A stretch of DNA of 53,647 nt from a virus. Lineage: Duplodnaviria > Caudoviricetes. The stretch's first letter is position 1; every line of letters begins with the position of its first letter. The notes under the pieces were generated by a model that saw only the letters and a list, made by a program, of their open reading frames with translations, did no database searches and was not told the DNA's origin. Position numbers and translations under genes: made by a program. Below are positions 35,935 through 44,693 of the stretch, in pieces. The stretch covers positions 1-53,647 of IMG/VR virus record IMGVR_UViG_3300010354_000120; one strand, written 5' to 3'.

Positions 35935-36350
35935 AATTAGATAATTACTCCGAAACTGCCATCACCGAATAAATTCCACAGGTCATATCAAAAATTTCAC
36001 CAGATTTCAAATAAATTTCTAATGGATATGCCATTGTTGTAGATAGTCCTGCATAGCTATCTGCTCCATGAAATCCTTTAGTGACTCTATAACTTTCATA
36101 TGCCCCGCTTCCGGCGGTGTCAGCATCAGAAATATAGACTCTGGCCAAATTTCTTCCGATGGAATTCATATCAACACTTGACACCTGATTATAATTTACT
36201 GAGTTTCCCCAGCGAAGGGTCAAAGTTCCAGAGCTTGCTTTTGCAAAACTAATCAATAATCTTGTATTTGAAGAGGCGGTAAAAAGAGCAGATCCACCTA
36301 CAGTAGAAGATTGACCATTTAAAATAGTAACGTTTGCCATAATTAGATAA
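35543..36350. repeat. tandem gene duplication (about 400-nt unit) with identical and divergent blocks
   Basis: Long identical stretches, e.g. GCCATCACCGAATAAATTCC...GTCCTGCATA and CATATCAACACTTG...GCTTTTGCAAAA, occur in both copies. Confidence 0.92.
35945..36340 (-). CDS. small tail-associated protein, duplicate copy B
   Basis: 131 aa, near-identical to 35530..35934. Confidence 0.85.
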   Translation of the reverse strand: MANVTILNGQSSTVGGSALFTASSNTRLLISFAKASSGTLTLRWGNSVNYNQVSSVDMNSIGRNLARVYISDADTAGSGAYESYRVTKGFHGADSYAGLSTTMAYPLEIYLKSGEIFDMTCGIYSVMAVSE

Positions 36351-36764
36351 TCATCCTTGTTCTGGGAGTGCTATACAGTTATATGGGCCACATAAAGCAT
36401 AGAATTGATGCCCAGTATCTAACAATAATTCCACCGGAAGAGGTTCGATATAAGTATCTTCTGCAGTAGATTCTTGGTTATTTGTAGGGACAAAGTTTTC
36501 CAGCCAAACATTATGAGATGAAGTTCCAATATCATCAACATCATAATGAACTTGGTATGCAATATTACTGCCAAATGCTCTACATAGAGTTGTTGATTGA
36601 CTGAGAAGAGATGCTGACGGTCCCCAGAATAGACTAACTTGACCCGCCTGGGCCCCAGTTCTAACCCCCTCCATATAAAGAATGACTATCCTAGTAGGAG
36701 AAGGAGCAGTATATAAAAGTGTTGAACCGTTTGATGATTGACCGGATATGATAGTCGTAGCCAT
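36351..36764 (-). CDS. small tail-associated protein, diverged paralog
   Basis: MATTIISGQSS...TRIVI...LFWG...PVELLLDTG...CG.Y aligns with the two duplicates. Confidence 0.85.
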   Translation of the reverse strand: MATTIISGQSSNGSTLLYTAPSPTRIVILYMEGVRTGAQAGQVSLFWGPSASLLSQSTTLCRAFGSNIAYQVHYDVDDIGTSSHNVWLENFVPTNNQESTAEDTYIEPLPVELLLDTGHQFYALCGPYNCIALPEQG

Positions 36765-36794
36765 GGATTAAATATCAATTACCACATGTCTAGA

Positions 36795-36815
36795 TATTTA
36801 TATCATTTATAAATA
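36795..36815. promoter_or_regulatory. back-to-back T4-type late promoters
   Basis: TATTTATA (36795-36802, TATAAATA on minus strand) and TATAAATA (36808-36815) between divergent genes. Confidence 0.85.
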
Positions 36816-36845
36816 ACTAAAACCGTAGGGTGGATAGGGAAACCC

Positions 36846-39800
36846 ATGACCGCAATCAACAAGAACTTCATTGTAAAGAATGGTCTACAAGTCGGAAACG
36901 ATTTGATTGTGGCCAATGCAGATAATAATAGGGTTGGAATTGCATCAACAATACCAACAAGCACATTCTCTGTGGGTGGGCAAATTGCAGCAGATCAAGT
37001 AGTTGTTAGTGGAGTTTCCACACTCACTCAACTAAAAGGAACTCAAGCAAGTTATACACAGGTTGATGCAGCAACGTTGTATGCAGCATCCGGAATCGTA
37101 ACTGCTTTGACTGGATCAAATATCAACATTTCCGGAGAAGTCAAATCCAATAGATTTGCAGTTGGAACCGGCGGATCGATTTTTAGCGTTACTAGTGCTG
37201 GTGTTGGCGTAGGAACAACCGTACCAACACAGGAGTTTGAAGTTGTTGGAGATGCAAACGTTACAGGTGCACTCTCAGCACTCGTTGTCAATAGTAACGT
37301 AAAATCAACAGGTGTTAGTACATTTGCAAGAGCAGATGTCACCAATCTTCAGGCAACTGATGTCAACATCATTGGCATAAGCACCCTAGGTTTCGCCAAT
37401 GCAACGAAATTAACAGTATCTTCCAACACAACGTTGGGTATTACCACAGTTACTGGATCTTTAGACGCATCTCAAATTAACGTTACAGGTATTACTACTA
37501 TTGGTAATGTTAATGTAAATCAGATTAATGCAACCGGTTTCTCAACATTTTCATATATTGGAGTTGCCAATTCAGTTGCAATCGGAACAGATAGATATAC
37601 TTCTGCACTTTCGATTGGAAACATAAGTGAAATAGTTAGTTTGAGAGGTGGACTATCCGTTAAGACCCTTCCAAACAGCAGTACAGTTGGCGAAGCGGCG
37701 ATTTACATTGAAGAGCAAAGTGGCAATGAAGGTTGGTACATGCTTGTTGACGTTGATGGGGATCTAAACTTCAACAACTCATCATCCGCCACTCACTCCG
37801 TTGAATTTCAAGATAATGACGATGTTGTAATTAGAAAAGGTCATCTTGGAATTTTAACCACAACGGCTCAAGATGCGTTGACTGTTATTGGAAATGCAAG
37901 AATTACTGGTGTTACTACCTTAACAACAACTACAACATCGGCATTAAATGCATCACAACTTAATGTTTCCGGTGTTTCTACATTTGCTGGAATCACTACA
38001 GTTACTGGATCTACATTATTCTCCAAGCAACTTAATGTATCTGGAGTTTCGACCTTTGTTGATGCGACCACACATCAAAAAGGAATTAGCGTAACTGGTG
38101 TTGCTAATGTAACCGGCGTAAATGCCACTGGTGTTATTACAGCAACATCATTTAGTGGAAATGCTACTAGTGCGACTTATGCCTCTAATGCTGGAGTAGC
38201 AACCTATGCATCCACAGCAGGAGTCTCTACTAGTGTTAGTGGTGGTCCAGGAAGTCTGACTCAACTTAATGTCACCGGGGTTTCCACTTTAGGAGTCACT
38301 GAAGCATCTCAACTTAACGTATCCGGAGTCTCAACCTTTGCTGGCATCACTACGGTCACTGGATCCACATTATTTTCTAAGCAACTATGGGTTTCTGGTG
38401 TAACCACAGTAACAGACTTAAAGGCAACTCAGACCACTATTACTGGAGTCTCAACTTTAGGTGTTACTGGAGTATCACAACTTAATGTTTCTGGTGTAAC
38501 CACAGTAACTGACCTTAAAGCGACTCAAACAACCATTACCGGATTCTCAACTTTAGGTGTAACAACAGCAACCGTATTATCCACAAATACCCTGAGAGTT
38601 GCTGGCATTTCAACATATGTAACTGGACCAATTTTAGTGGGATCAGCAACTTCCACTGGCACTGCAGATCAGAAGTTGCAAGTAACTGGAAAGGCATATG
38701 TATCAAGTTCCGTTGGAATCGGATCAACAAATCCAACAGAGGCATTGGATGTTGTTGGAAATATCAAGGTTCGTGGAACCGTAATCGGAGATGGATTTAG
38801 TGGACCCGGTATTATTACAAGTATTATTGATGGTGCCGGAAGTGATGCCGTATTAGTTTCTCCTGGTGTTTATAAAATCGACCTTTATGGATCTGCAATC
38901 GGTGAAGCATGGGGAACGGTTCAAAATGGTTCAGGGGAAATTGGTGTTAGAACTGACGTTCTTGTTGGCATGGGAACAACTGTTCCTCCCGAATACACAC
39001 TTGACGTTTATGCAAAGTATGCAGAAGAGGCGGCAAGATTCCTTGTTCAAGGTAGCAACGTTTATGCTCCATTCATTGTCAACTCAAACGTTCAGGTCAA
39101 TAACCTAAACGCACAATATCATGGAGGAAAGTCGGCGCCGGGTGGATCAATTGTTGGTACGACGGACGAGCAAACACTTACCAATAAAACACTTACGGTT
39201 CCAGTGATTACTGGATTGGGTGCAACTTTCAATGGTGCAACTAGCGGAAGTGTAACTCTTAAGGCAACGGCAACTGCCGGCACTAATACAATCACTCTTC
39301 CAGCAACAACTGGAAACGTTGTTACTACTGGAGATAGTGGAACAGTCACCAGCACAATGATTGCTAATGACACAATTACAAATACCGATGTTAATTCTGC
39401 TGCAGGAATAGTTTACAGTAAACTGAATTTGTCTGGTGGCATTGTCAATGCTGACATTAACGCATCTGCAGCAATTGCCATTTCCAAACTTGCATCATCA
39501 ACAATTTCTGGTATATCACTAGGAAGCAACTTAAACAACCTGACAATTGGAGCATATCTCACTCAAAACGGTCAAACATATAATGGATCCACAGCAAGAA
39601 CGGTAGAAGTTGATGCAGCCTCAGTCAATACTGCATCAAAAGTTGTGGTTAGAGATGGTTCCGGAAACTTTGCTGCTGGTATTGTAACAGTAACCACACT
39701 ATCAGCAACCAATGAAAACGTTTCTGGTATTTCAACTCTTGGTAATCTCAAAACCCTACCACTATTAGAAAAGGTAAATGTTGTTGCAGGAACTGCAAAT

Positions 39801-40148
39801 GGAACCTCAAACATCGACGTTCTTACATCTAATGTTTGGATGTTTACAACTGCAGCAACTGCCAACTGGACACACAATATTCGCGGAAATGCTTCAATAT
39901 CTCTGAATACTTTGATGGCAACCGGTGATTCAATCGTTGTCACTATTTTGGCCAAATGTGGAGTTGGTAAGTCATATTCAACAGACATTACCATAGATGG
40001 AGGTGCGCAAACAGAAATGTGGGCAGGTGGAACGGCACCAACAGCAGGTTTATCAACTGCAAATTATGACATGTATACTTGGACGATTGTAAAAACCGCA
40101 TCTGCAACATTCAGTGTTTTCCCGGCACAATCTCAGTTCGGAGCGTGA
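36846..40148 (+). CDS. long tail fibre protein
   Basis: NKNFIVKNGL N-terminus; many LNVSGVST/GITT shaft repeats; C-terminal WAGGTAP...DMYTWTIVKT domain. Confidence 0.85.
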   Translation: MTAINKNFIVKNGLQVGNDLIVANADNNRVGIASTIPTSTFSVGGQIAADQVVVSGVSTLTQLKGTQASYTQVDAATLYAASGIVTALTGSNINISGEVKSNRFAVGTGGSIFSVTSAGVGVGTTVPTQEFEVVGDANVTGALSALVVNSNVKSTGVSTFARADVTNLQATDVNIIGISTLGFANATKLTVSSNTTLGITTVTGSLDASQINVTGITTIGNVNVNQINATGFSTFSYIGVANSVAIGTDRYTSALSIGNISEIVSLRGGLSVKTLPNSSTVGEAAIYIEEQSGNEGWYMLVDVDGDLNFNNSSSATHSVEFQDNDDVVIRKGHLGILTTTAQDALTVIGNARITGVTTLTTTTTSALNASQLNVSGVSTFAGITTVTGSTLFSKQLNVSGVSTFVDATTHQKGISVTGVANVTGVNATGVITATSFSGNATSATYASNAGVATYASTAGVSTSVSGGPGSLTQLNVTGVSTLGVTEASQLNVSGVSTFAGITTVTGSTLFSKQLWVSGVTTVTDLKATQTTITGVSTLGVTGVSQLNVSGVTTVTDLKATQTTITGFSTLGVTTATVLSTNTLRVAGISTYVTGPILVGSATSTGTADQKLQVTGKAYVSSSVGIGSTNPTEALDVVGNIKVRGTVIGDGFSGPGIITSIIDGAGSDAVLVSPGVYKIDLYGSAIGEAWGTVQNGSGEIGVRTDVLVGMGTTVPPEYTLDVYAKYAEEAARFLVQGSNVYAPFIVNSNVQVNNLNAQYHGGKSAPGGSIVGTTDEQTLTNKTLTVPVITGLGATFNGATSGSVTLKATATAGTNTITLPATTGNVVTTGDSGTVTSTMIANDTITNTDVNSAAGIVYSKLNLSGGIVNADINASAAIAISKLASSTISGISLGSNLNNLTIGAYLTQNGQTYNGSTARTVEVDAASVNTASKVVVRDGSGNFAAGIVTVTTLSATNENVSGISTLGNLKTLPLLEKVNVVAGTANGTSNIDVLTSNVWMFTTAATANWTHNIRGNASISLNTLMATGDSIVVTILAKCGVGKSYSTDITIDGGAQTEMWAGGTAPTAGLSTANYDMYTWTIVKTASATFSVFPAQSQFGA

Positions 40149-40154
40149 TGAATT

Positions 40155-40835
40155 ATGAGCCCAATATTATCCACATTTAGTCTTGGCAGAAGGCAAACAA
40201 GATCTTCAGTAATTACTGTTTCATATGTCGCTAATGCATTTTCATCAACTCATCAAATAACAATTCCAGCAACTGCTCAAGCAAATGACATCGTTGTAAT
40301 CTGTTGGACCGGTAGAGCAACTTGGAGTAATGGACCCGCTGATGCAGACCCATCGGGATGGACTTTAATAGGTGGTGATTTTGATTCTGATGTCGTCCAA
40401 TCAAACGACGTAAATACAAGATTTTGGTATAAGAAGATAATATCTGGTGATGTAAACTCAACTGTTACAGTTGCAAATAGTGGATGGAACACTGATGTGA
40501 ATAGTTTAATTGTATTGAGACCCTCAGTGAGCGCAACTCCAACTGTTGCATCATTCTCCGTACAATCTACATCTGGAGATCCTACACAACAAACCAGAGA
40601 TGGAACTGCTGTTGTTACTCCACACGCAACACTTGCTTTCTATAAATCCGGAGCTGCAATCGATCCAAGAACAGAATCTTCTGGAACCTTTAGCGAATTG
40701 AATAGCGGAACAACTAACTATATCAAATATAGAATATTTAATACTAATGCTGATAGAATAAGCACCAACATTGATATGGCTGATGAAGGTTGGAACGGTT
40801 TAGCATCATGTATTATTAGTTTCGCAAAGACCTGA
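40155..40835 (+). CDS. tail fibre-associated protein
   Basis: MSPILSTF; TIPATAQANDIVVI...PSGWTLI...FWYK beta-sandwich pattern. Confidence 0.7.
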   Translation: MSPILSTFSLGRRQTRSSVITVSYVANAFSSTHQITIPATAQANDIVVICWTGRATWSNGPADADPSGWTLIGGDFDSDVVQSNDVNTRFWYKKIISGDVNSTVTVANSGWNTDVNSLIVLRPSVSATPTVASFSVQSTSGDPTQQTRDGTAVVTPHATLAFYKSGAAIDPRTESSGTFSELNSGTTNYIKYRIFNTNADRISTNIDMADEGWNGLASCIISFAKT

Positions 40836-40840
40836 TCAAA

Positions 40841-40895
40841 CCACTTCAGAAAGTGGCACAGAAGACCCTCTGGACCCCCCGGAGGGTCTTATTGT
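40841..40895 (+). promoter_or_regulatory. palindromic upstream motif + hairpin + -10 box (copy 2)
   Basis: CCACTT-CAGA-AAGTGGCACA; AAGACCCTC..GAGGGTCTT hairpin; TATTGT at 40890. Confidence 0.65.
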
Positions 40896-40919
40896 ATGGA
40901 TGTGACCAGGGACCACCCT

Positions 40920-41027
40920 ATGCAACGTACAACGCTTGACAGACTGATCTTCGTATCATCCTTCTGTGTCTTCATGAACTGGGGTGTGCGTGTTGTTCAT
41001 TCGGTATTGAACTATGCTCTATCTTGA
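40920..41027 (+). CDS. 35-aa hydrophobic micro-protein
   Basis: MQRTTLDRLIFVSSFCVFMNWGVRVVHSVLNYALS*. Confidence 0.55.
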   Translation: MQRTTLDRLIFVSSFCVFMNWGVRVVHSVLNYALS

Positions 41028-41433
41028 TCTGAATGGGTACAACTACAGCAAAAAACTATGCGAAAGCGTGGTGACTTGGTTCGTCAAAAAATATCTTCCA
41101 AGGCACAAACTGGAGATTGAAGTATCTCATCGTGGCATGATGAGGGAAGGTTTCTATGGACTTTGCACTGTTCAAGATTGTGATCATCGTCCTAGGTCTT
41201 TTCTGATTGAACTTCACAATAAGATGGAGCGTGAGTTTTACATTCAAACTCTGCTTCATGAGTTAGTTCATGTGCGTCAACATGTTCGTGGTGAGTTAAA
41301 AGATCGGGGTTCAAAAAGACTCTGGAAAGGTGTGGACCATAGTCAGACTGATTATGAGGATCAACCTTGGGAGAGGGATGCTTATGAGCAAGAAGTGATA
41401 TTACTTAAAGAGTATTTGCATGAAGTTCTGTAA
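41014..41433 (+). CDS. HExxH zinc metallopeptidase-like protein
   Basis: TLLHELVHVRQ...Y.DQPWERDAY. Confidence 0.85.
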   Translation: MLYLDLNGYNYSKKLCESVVTWFVKKYLPRHKLEIEVSHRGMMREGFYGLCTVQDCDHRPRSFLIELHNKMEREFYIQTLLHELVHVRQHVRGELKDRGSKRLWKGVDHSQTDYEDQPWERDAYEQEVILLKEYLHEVL

Positions 41434-41449
41434 AGAATACTTGAAAGAC

Positions 41450-41478
41450 TTGACATGACCTCCAAAACCCTATACAAT
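41450..41478 (+). promoter_or_regulatory. sigma70-type promoter
   Basis: TTGACA-17-TACAAT upstream of LOG gene. Confidence 0.8.
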
Positions 41479-41553
41479 AACCTTTGTCAGGGTTGATAAG
41501 GAATTAAGCTTTAAGAATCTATTATAACTAAAGAGGTATATTAGGAACTTCTT

Positions 41554-42105
41554 ATGAAGAAGAAAGTTGCTATTTTTGGATCCGCAAGAACTTCACCAGA
41601 CTCTGGACTCTATCAGTCGGTGGAGAGAATGGCAAAGAATCTATCTGAAAAGGGATGGATTATTGTGACTGGCGGTGGACCAGGAACGATGGAAGCAGCA
41701 AATAAAGGTGCGATGAGTGTATGTGGAGATACAGAAGTCTGTTCTCTTGCACATGCAATCTATCTTCCTTTTGAGGAAGCAATTAATGAATATGTTCAAG
41801 AGCACACAAAGCATGACGATTTCTTTACACGTCTGAAGACATTTTCTGAGTGTGATGCCTTTATCGTAACGCCAGGAGGAATTGGAACTCTTCTGGAGAT
41901 GGCATTAGTCTATCAGTTAATTCAGGTTTCTCACTTAGAAAGAAAGCCTGTCATTTGTGTAGGAAGAATGTGGAGATCATTCAGACATTGGTTGGAAGAT
42001 TATATGCTGGATAATCACTTTTTGAATGAGAATGAGATGAAGATGATTCACTATGTGGATCGATTTAGTGAAGCAGTTCATATCCTAGAGGGATACGACA
42101 TTTGA
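41554..42105 (+). CDS. LOG-family (Lonely Guy/SLOG superfamily) nucleotide phosphoribohydrolase
   Basis: VAIFGSAR, TGGGPGTMEAANKGA, FFTR, PGGIGTLLE. Confidence 0.9.
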   Translation: MKKKVAIFGSARTSPDSGLYQSVERMAKNLSEKGWIIVTGGGPGTMEAANKGAMSVCGDTEVCSLAHAIYLPFEEAINEYVQEHTKHDDFFTRLKTFSECDAFIVTPGGIGTLLEMALVYQLIQVSHLERKPVICVGRMWRSFRHWLEDYMLDNHFLNENEMKMIHYVDRFSEAVHILEGYDI

Positions 42106-42153
42106 TAAACTGGCACATGGGGAACTTCGGTTCCCCTTTTCTGTCTATATACT
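42097..42153 (+). promoter_or_regulatory. upstream motif + terminator hairpin + -10 box (copy 3)
   Basis: GACATTTGATAAACTGGCACA; GGGGAAC-TTCG-GTTCCCC-TTTT; TATACT at 42148. Confidence 0.7.
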
Positions 42154-42171
42154 GTTCGTAGTTGCAATAAG

Positions 42172-42318
42172 ATGATGCCGATTCCTCTGGATTTTTTGTT
42201 TTCGGATCGAACTCTTGATTTTGTGCTTCCTGAGCGATTGCGTCAGAAAACACCCGACCAGGAGACTGCTGCAGAACGCAACGCTGAGAACCCTGATCGG
42301 GACAGGACTGAAAACTGA
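42172..42318 (+). CDS. possible 48-aa micro-protein
   Basis: MMPIPLDFLFSDRTLDFVLPERLRQKTPDQETAAERNAENPDRDRTEN*; downstream of motif-bearing promoter, no clear SD. Confidence 0.4.
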   Translation: MMPIPLDFLFSDRTLDFVLPERLRQKTPDQETAAERNAENPDRDRTEN

Positions 42319-42322
42319 TTTT

Positions 42323-42351
42323 TTGTTCAATTTTGCGTTTCATGGTAGAAT
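42323..42351 (+). promoter_or_regulatory. extended -10 promoter for prs
   Basis: TTGTTC-17-TAGAAT with TG at the extended position. Confidence 0.55.
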
Positions 42352-42405
42352 GTCCACGGTGTGCGATCCCATGATGCGTTTTTGTCAAACTACAACGGAG
42401 TGACT

Positions 42406-43362
42406 ATGAAGTATGATAAGTTTCGCCTCATTGCTGGCACAGCAAATGAACAACTTTCGCATGAAATTGCTGAGTATCTGAATGTTGAACTGACCGATAG
42501 AACAATCAAATCATTTGCAGATGGCGAAACTTATGGGCAAGTAAATGCAGCAGTAAGAGGTTGCAACGTGTTCATTGTGCAACCAACATGTGCTCCAACA
42601 AATGACCATTTGATGGAGATTTTGATCTTGATTGATGCTTGTCGCCGTGCATCAGCAAAGGAAATTACCGCAGTCATTCCCTACTTTGGATATGCGCGAT
42701 CGGATAGAAAGGCGGCAGGAAGAGAGAGTATTACTGCAAAGTTGGTGGCAAATCTTCTTACTTCCGCAGGAGCAGATCGGGTTCTTTCAATGGATCTTCA
42801 CTCCGCACAAATTCAAGGATATTTTGATATTCCATGCGACAATACTTACGGTGCTCCGAGCATGGCAAAGTATCTTCGAACAAAGTATGCAGATGAATTG
42901 GACGATGTAGTGGTAGTTTCTCCTGATGTTGGGGGAGTTGCAAGAGCAAGATCTTTTGGTAAGTTGTTAAACAATGCACCACTTGCAATTGTAGATAAGA
43001 GGCGAACTGCGCATAATGTTGCAGAAAGTCTGACAGTAATTGGTGATGTAGAGAATAAGATTGCCATTCTTGTGGATGACATGATTGACACTGGTGGGAC
43101 TATTTCCGGAGCAGCAAAATTACTCAAGCAGAAAGGTGCAAGAAAAGTATTGGCATGTGCTACACACGGAGTATTATCCTATCCAGCAGTTGAAAGAATC
43201 TCTGAACCAGGAGTATTCGAAGAGGTTGTGATTACAAATACCATTCCAGTTCCTCCAGAGAAGAACTTTTCGCATCTACAAGTTCTGTCCATTTCAAATG
43301 TAATGGGAGAGGCAATCTCCCGAATTCATGAAGAAGTTTCTATGAGCAGTATGTTCCAATGA
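42406..43362 (+). CDS. prs: ribose-phosphate pyrophosphokinase (PRPP synthetase)
   Basis: FADGE, IPYFGYARSDRK, MDLHSAQIQGYFD, VVVSPDVGGVARAR, LVDDMIDTGGT; SD GGAG before ATG 42406. Confidence 0.97.
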   Translation: MKYDKFRLIAGTANEQLSHEIAEYLNVELTDRTIKSFADGETYGQVNAAVRGCNVFIVQPTCAPTNDHLMEILILIDACRRASAKEITAVIPYFGYARSDRKAAGRESITAKLVANLLTSAGADRVLSMDLHSAQIQGYFDIPCDNTYGAPSMAKYLRTKYADELDDVVVVSPDVGGVARARSFGKLLNNAPLAIVDKRRTAHNVAESLTVIGDVENKIAILVDDMIDTGGTISGAAKLLKQKGARKVLACATHGVLSYPAVERISEPGVFEEVVITNTIPVPPEKNFSHLQVLSISNVMGEAISRIHEEVSMSSMFQ

Positions 43363-43538
43363 AAGAAGGTTTTATTACAAAAGATGGATACGCAGCAGTT
43401 CCATTTGGAAAGAAGCAGTTGATGATTATTTTTGATGGGCATCAGTTGGAGGTTGTGAATACAGAACTTCAGGCAAAAAGATTTATTGCAAAGCACCGAA
43501 CTAATCCAAAGGTGGGAACTGTTTTTGTGCCGGAATAG
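43359..43538 (+). CDS. 59-aa hypothetical protein
   Basis: MKEGFITKDGYAAVPFGKKQLMIIFDGHQL...AKRFIAKH; ATGA overlap with prs. Confidence 0.7.
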   Translation: MKEGFITKDGYAAVPFGKKQLMIIFDGHQLEVVNTELQAKRFIAKHRTNPKVGTVFVPE

Positions 43539-43583
43539 AAAGTGGCACACCAATCCCATTCGGAGGAGAAATTGCAGTATAAT
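43526..43583 (+). promoter_or_regulatory. palindromic upstream motif + -10 box (copy 4)
   Basis: TGTGCCGGAATAGAAAGTGGCACA; TATAAT at 43578. Confidence 0.7.
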
Positions 43584-43604
43584 AAAAATGTAGGAAAGGA
43601 CCCC

Positions 43605-43799
43605 ATGAAGAAACGCTTTATTCATGTTTCTCCAAAAACTCAAAAGGCTAAGATTATTTTCAATCAATTCATGCACGGACTTCACTCATGTATAATAGAT
43701 AAAGAGGATGGAAACAAAATGTTTCTGATCTCCATCAGTCAAAGGCATTCCTTTTGGATTGAACGTGGTGGTAATTTGGATTGGGAGATTATTAAATGA
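43605..43799 (+). CDS. hypothetical protein (paralog of 51983..52219)
   Basis: VSPKTQKAK...C.IDK....MFL.S......FWI.....DWEII. Confidence 0.75.
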   Translation: MKKRFIHVSPKTQKAKIIFNQFMHGLHSCIIDKEDGNKMFLISISQRHSFWIERGGNLDWEIIK

Positions 43800-44050
43800 A
43801 ACTATTAGCCTTGGCTTCTACACTTCCCCTGCTCATGGGAAGTGGCAGTGAGGTGATTAGTCAAGCAGCATCAAAAACTGAGTATGTGGATCCGACTGCA
43901 GAGCAGCGAGTTGTGCAGTTTAATGCCAATCGTGCATGTGCCATTCTTTCAGATATTCCGTATCAAAAGGCACATGTAAAAACTGAAAAGTGGGAAGAAT
44001 TTGTGTCTTGTATGCAATTCATGCGAGACATCAATGGTATAACGTATTAA
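43796..44050 (+). CDS. hypothetical protein with signal-like N-terminus
   Basis: ATGA overlap; RAC...WEEFVSCM. Confidence 0.7.
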   Translation: MKLLALASTLPLLMGSGSEVISQAASKTEYVDPTAEQRVVQFNANRACAILSDIPYQKAHVKTEKWEEFVSCMQFMRDINGITY

Positions 44051-44079
44051 CATAAATACTACCAGTGAATATCTAAATC

Positions 44080-44271
44080 ATGATTCACGTCTTTCTATTT
44101 GTTCCAATTTTTATGTCATCAGTTACACTTAGTTGTTCGGATGCACAAAAAATTGCCTCATCTGTAATGTTGGCAAAGGGTCTTACAATGACTCAGAGAG
44201 AAGAAATTATATCCAATCTACAGGAAACTGTTTCTGAATGTCCTCTCACAACAAAGGAATCTAAAAAATGA
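44080..44271 (+). CDS. hypothetical protein related to the riboswitch-nested ORF
   Basis: TLSCSDAQKI...QREEIISNLQETVSEC; preceded by CATAAATA at 44051. Confidence 0.7.
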   Translation: MIHVFLFVPIFMSSVTLSCSDAQKIASSVMLAKGLTMTQREEIISNLQETVSECPLTTKESKK

Positions 44272-44432
44272 TTAGTCAACAATACGCAAACGCTTGCGAT
44301 CTTATGGTAGAAGATCTCTGGGAAGTTCATTCCAGAATCCGAGTAATGGCTAAAGAACTTGGGTGTGAAACTGAATTGGAAGAAGTGAAGAATGAACTGC
44401 TGGTGTATCTTAAGGGAAAAAGGAACTCATGA
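44268..44432 (+). CDS. 54-aa hypothetical protein
   Basis: MISQQYANACDLMVEDLWEV...; ATGA overlaps on both sides. Confidence 0.65.
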   Translation: MISQQYANACDLMVEDLWEVHSRIRVMAKELGCETELEEVKNELLVYLKGKRNS

Positions 44433-44680
44433 TTCAATTCTATGTTTGGTTGGCAATTTTCGCTGTAGTCGGATATTTTATCGTCACAGATCGATCGATT
44501 GCAGAGTATTTTTTGCTAATCATTGGATGGATTAAACTCCATTTCCAAAGATGGGTGTTTATGGTGTCCTGGCATATTCGTCATAATCCAAGAAATCCAT
44601 TTGTGAAGTGGCATCTTGATCGAAAGTATCATGCTATGGCGAAAGAACTGCTACAAGCACAGCAAGTTTGTGAAGATTGA
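44429..44680 (+). CDS. hypothetical membrane protein
   Basis: Hydrophobic N-terminus, HNPRNPFVKW. Confidence 0.75.
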   Translation: MIQFYVWLAIFAVVGYFIVTDRSIAEYFLLIIGWIKLHFQRWVFMVSWHIRHNPRNPFVKWHLDRKYHAMAKELLQAQQVCED

Positions 44681-44693
44681 GGAACACTTTATT

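Noticed and set aside
35530-36350. Diversity-generating retroelement template/variable repeat pair
   Set aside because: Differences are clustered, include an indel and are not adenine-specific; both copies are intact genes; no reverse transcriptase in the window
42406-43362. NARP1 NAD+ reconstitution pathway (Adps + Namat)
   Set aside because: Protein looks like a canonical cyanobacterial-type Prs and no Nampt-like partner lies in the window; cannot be excluded genome-wide
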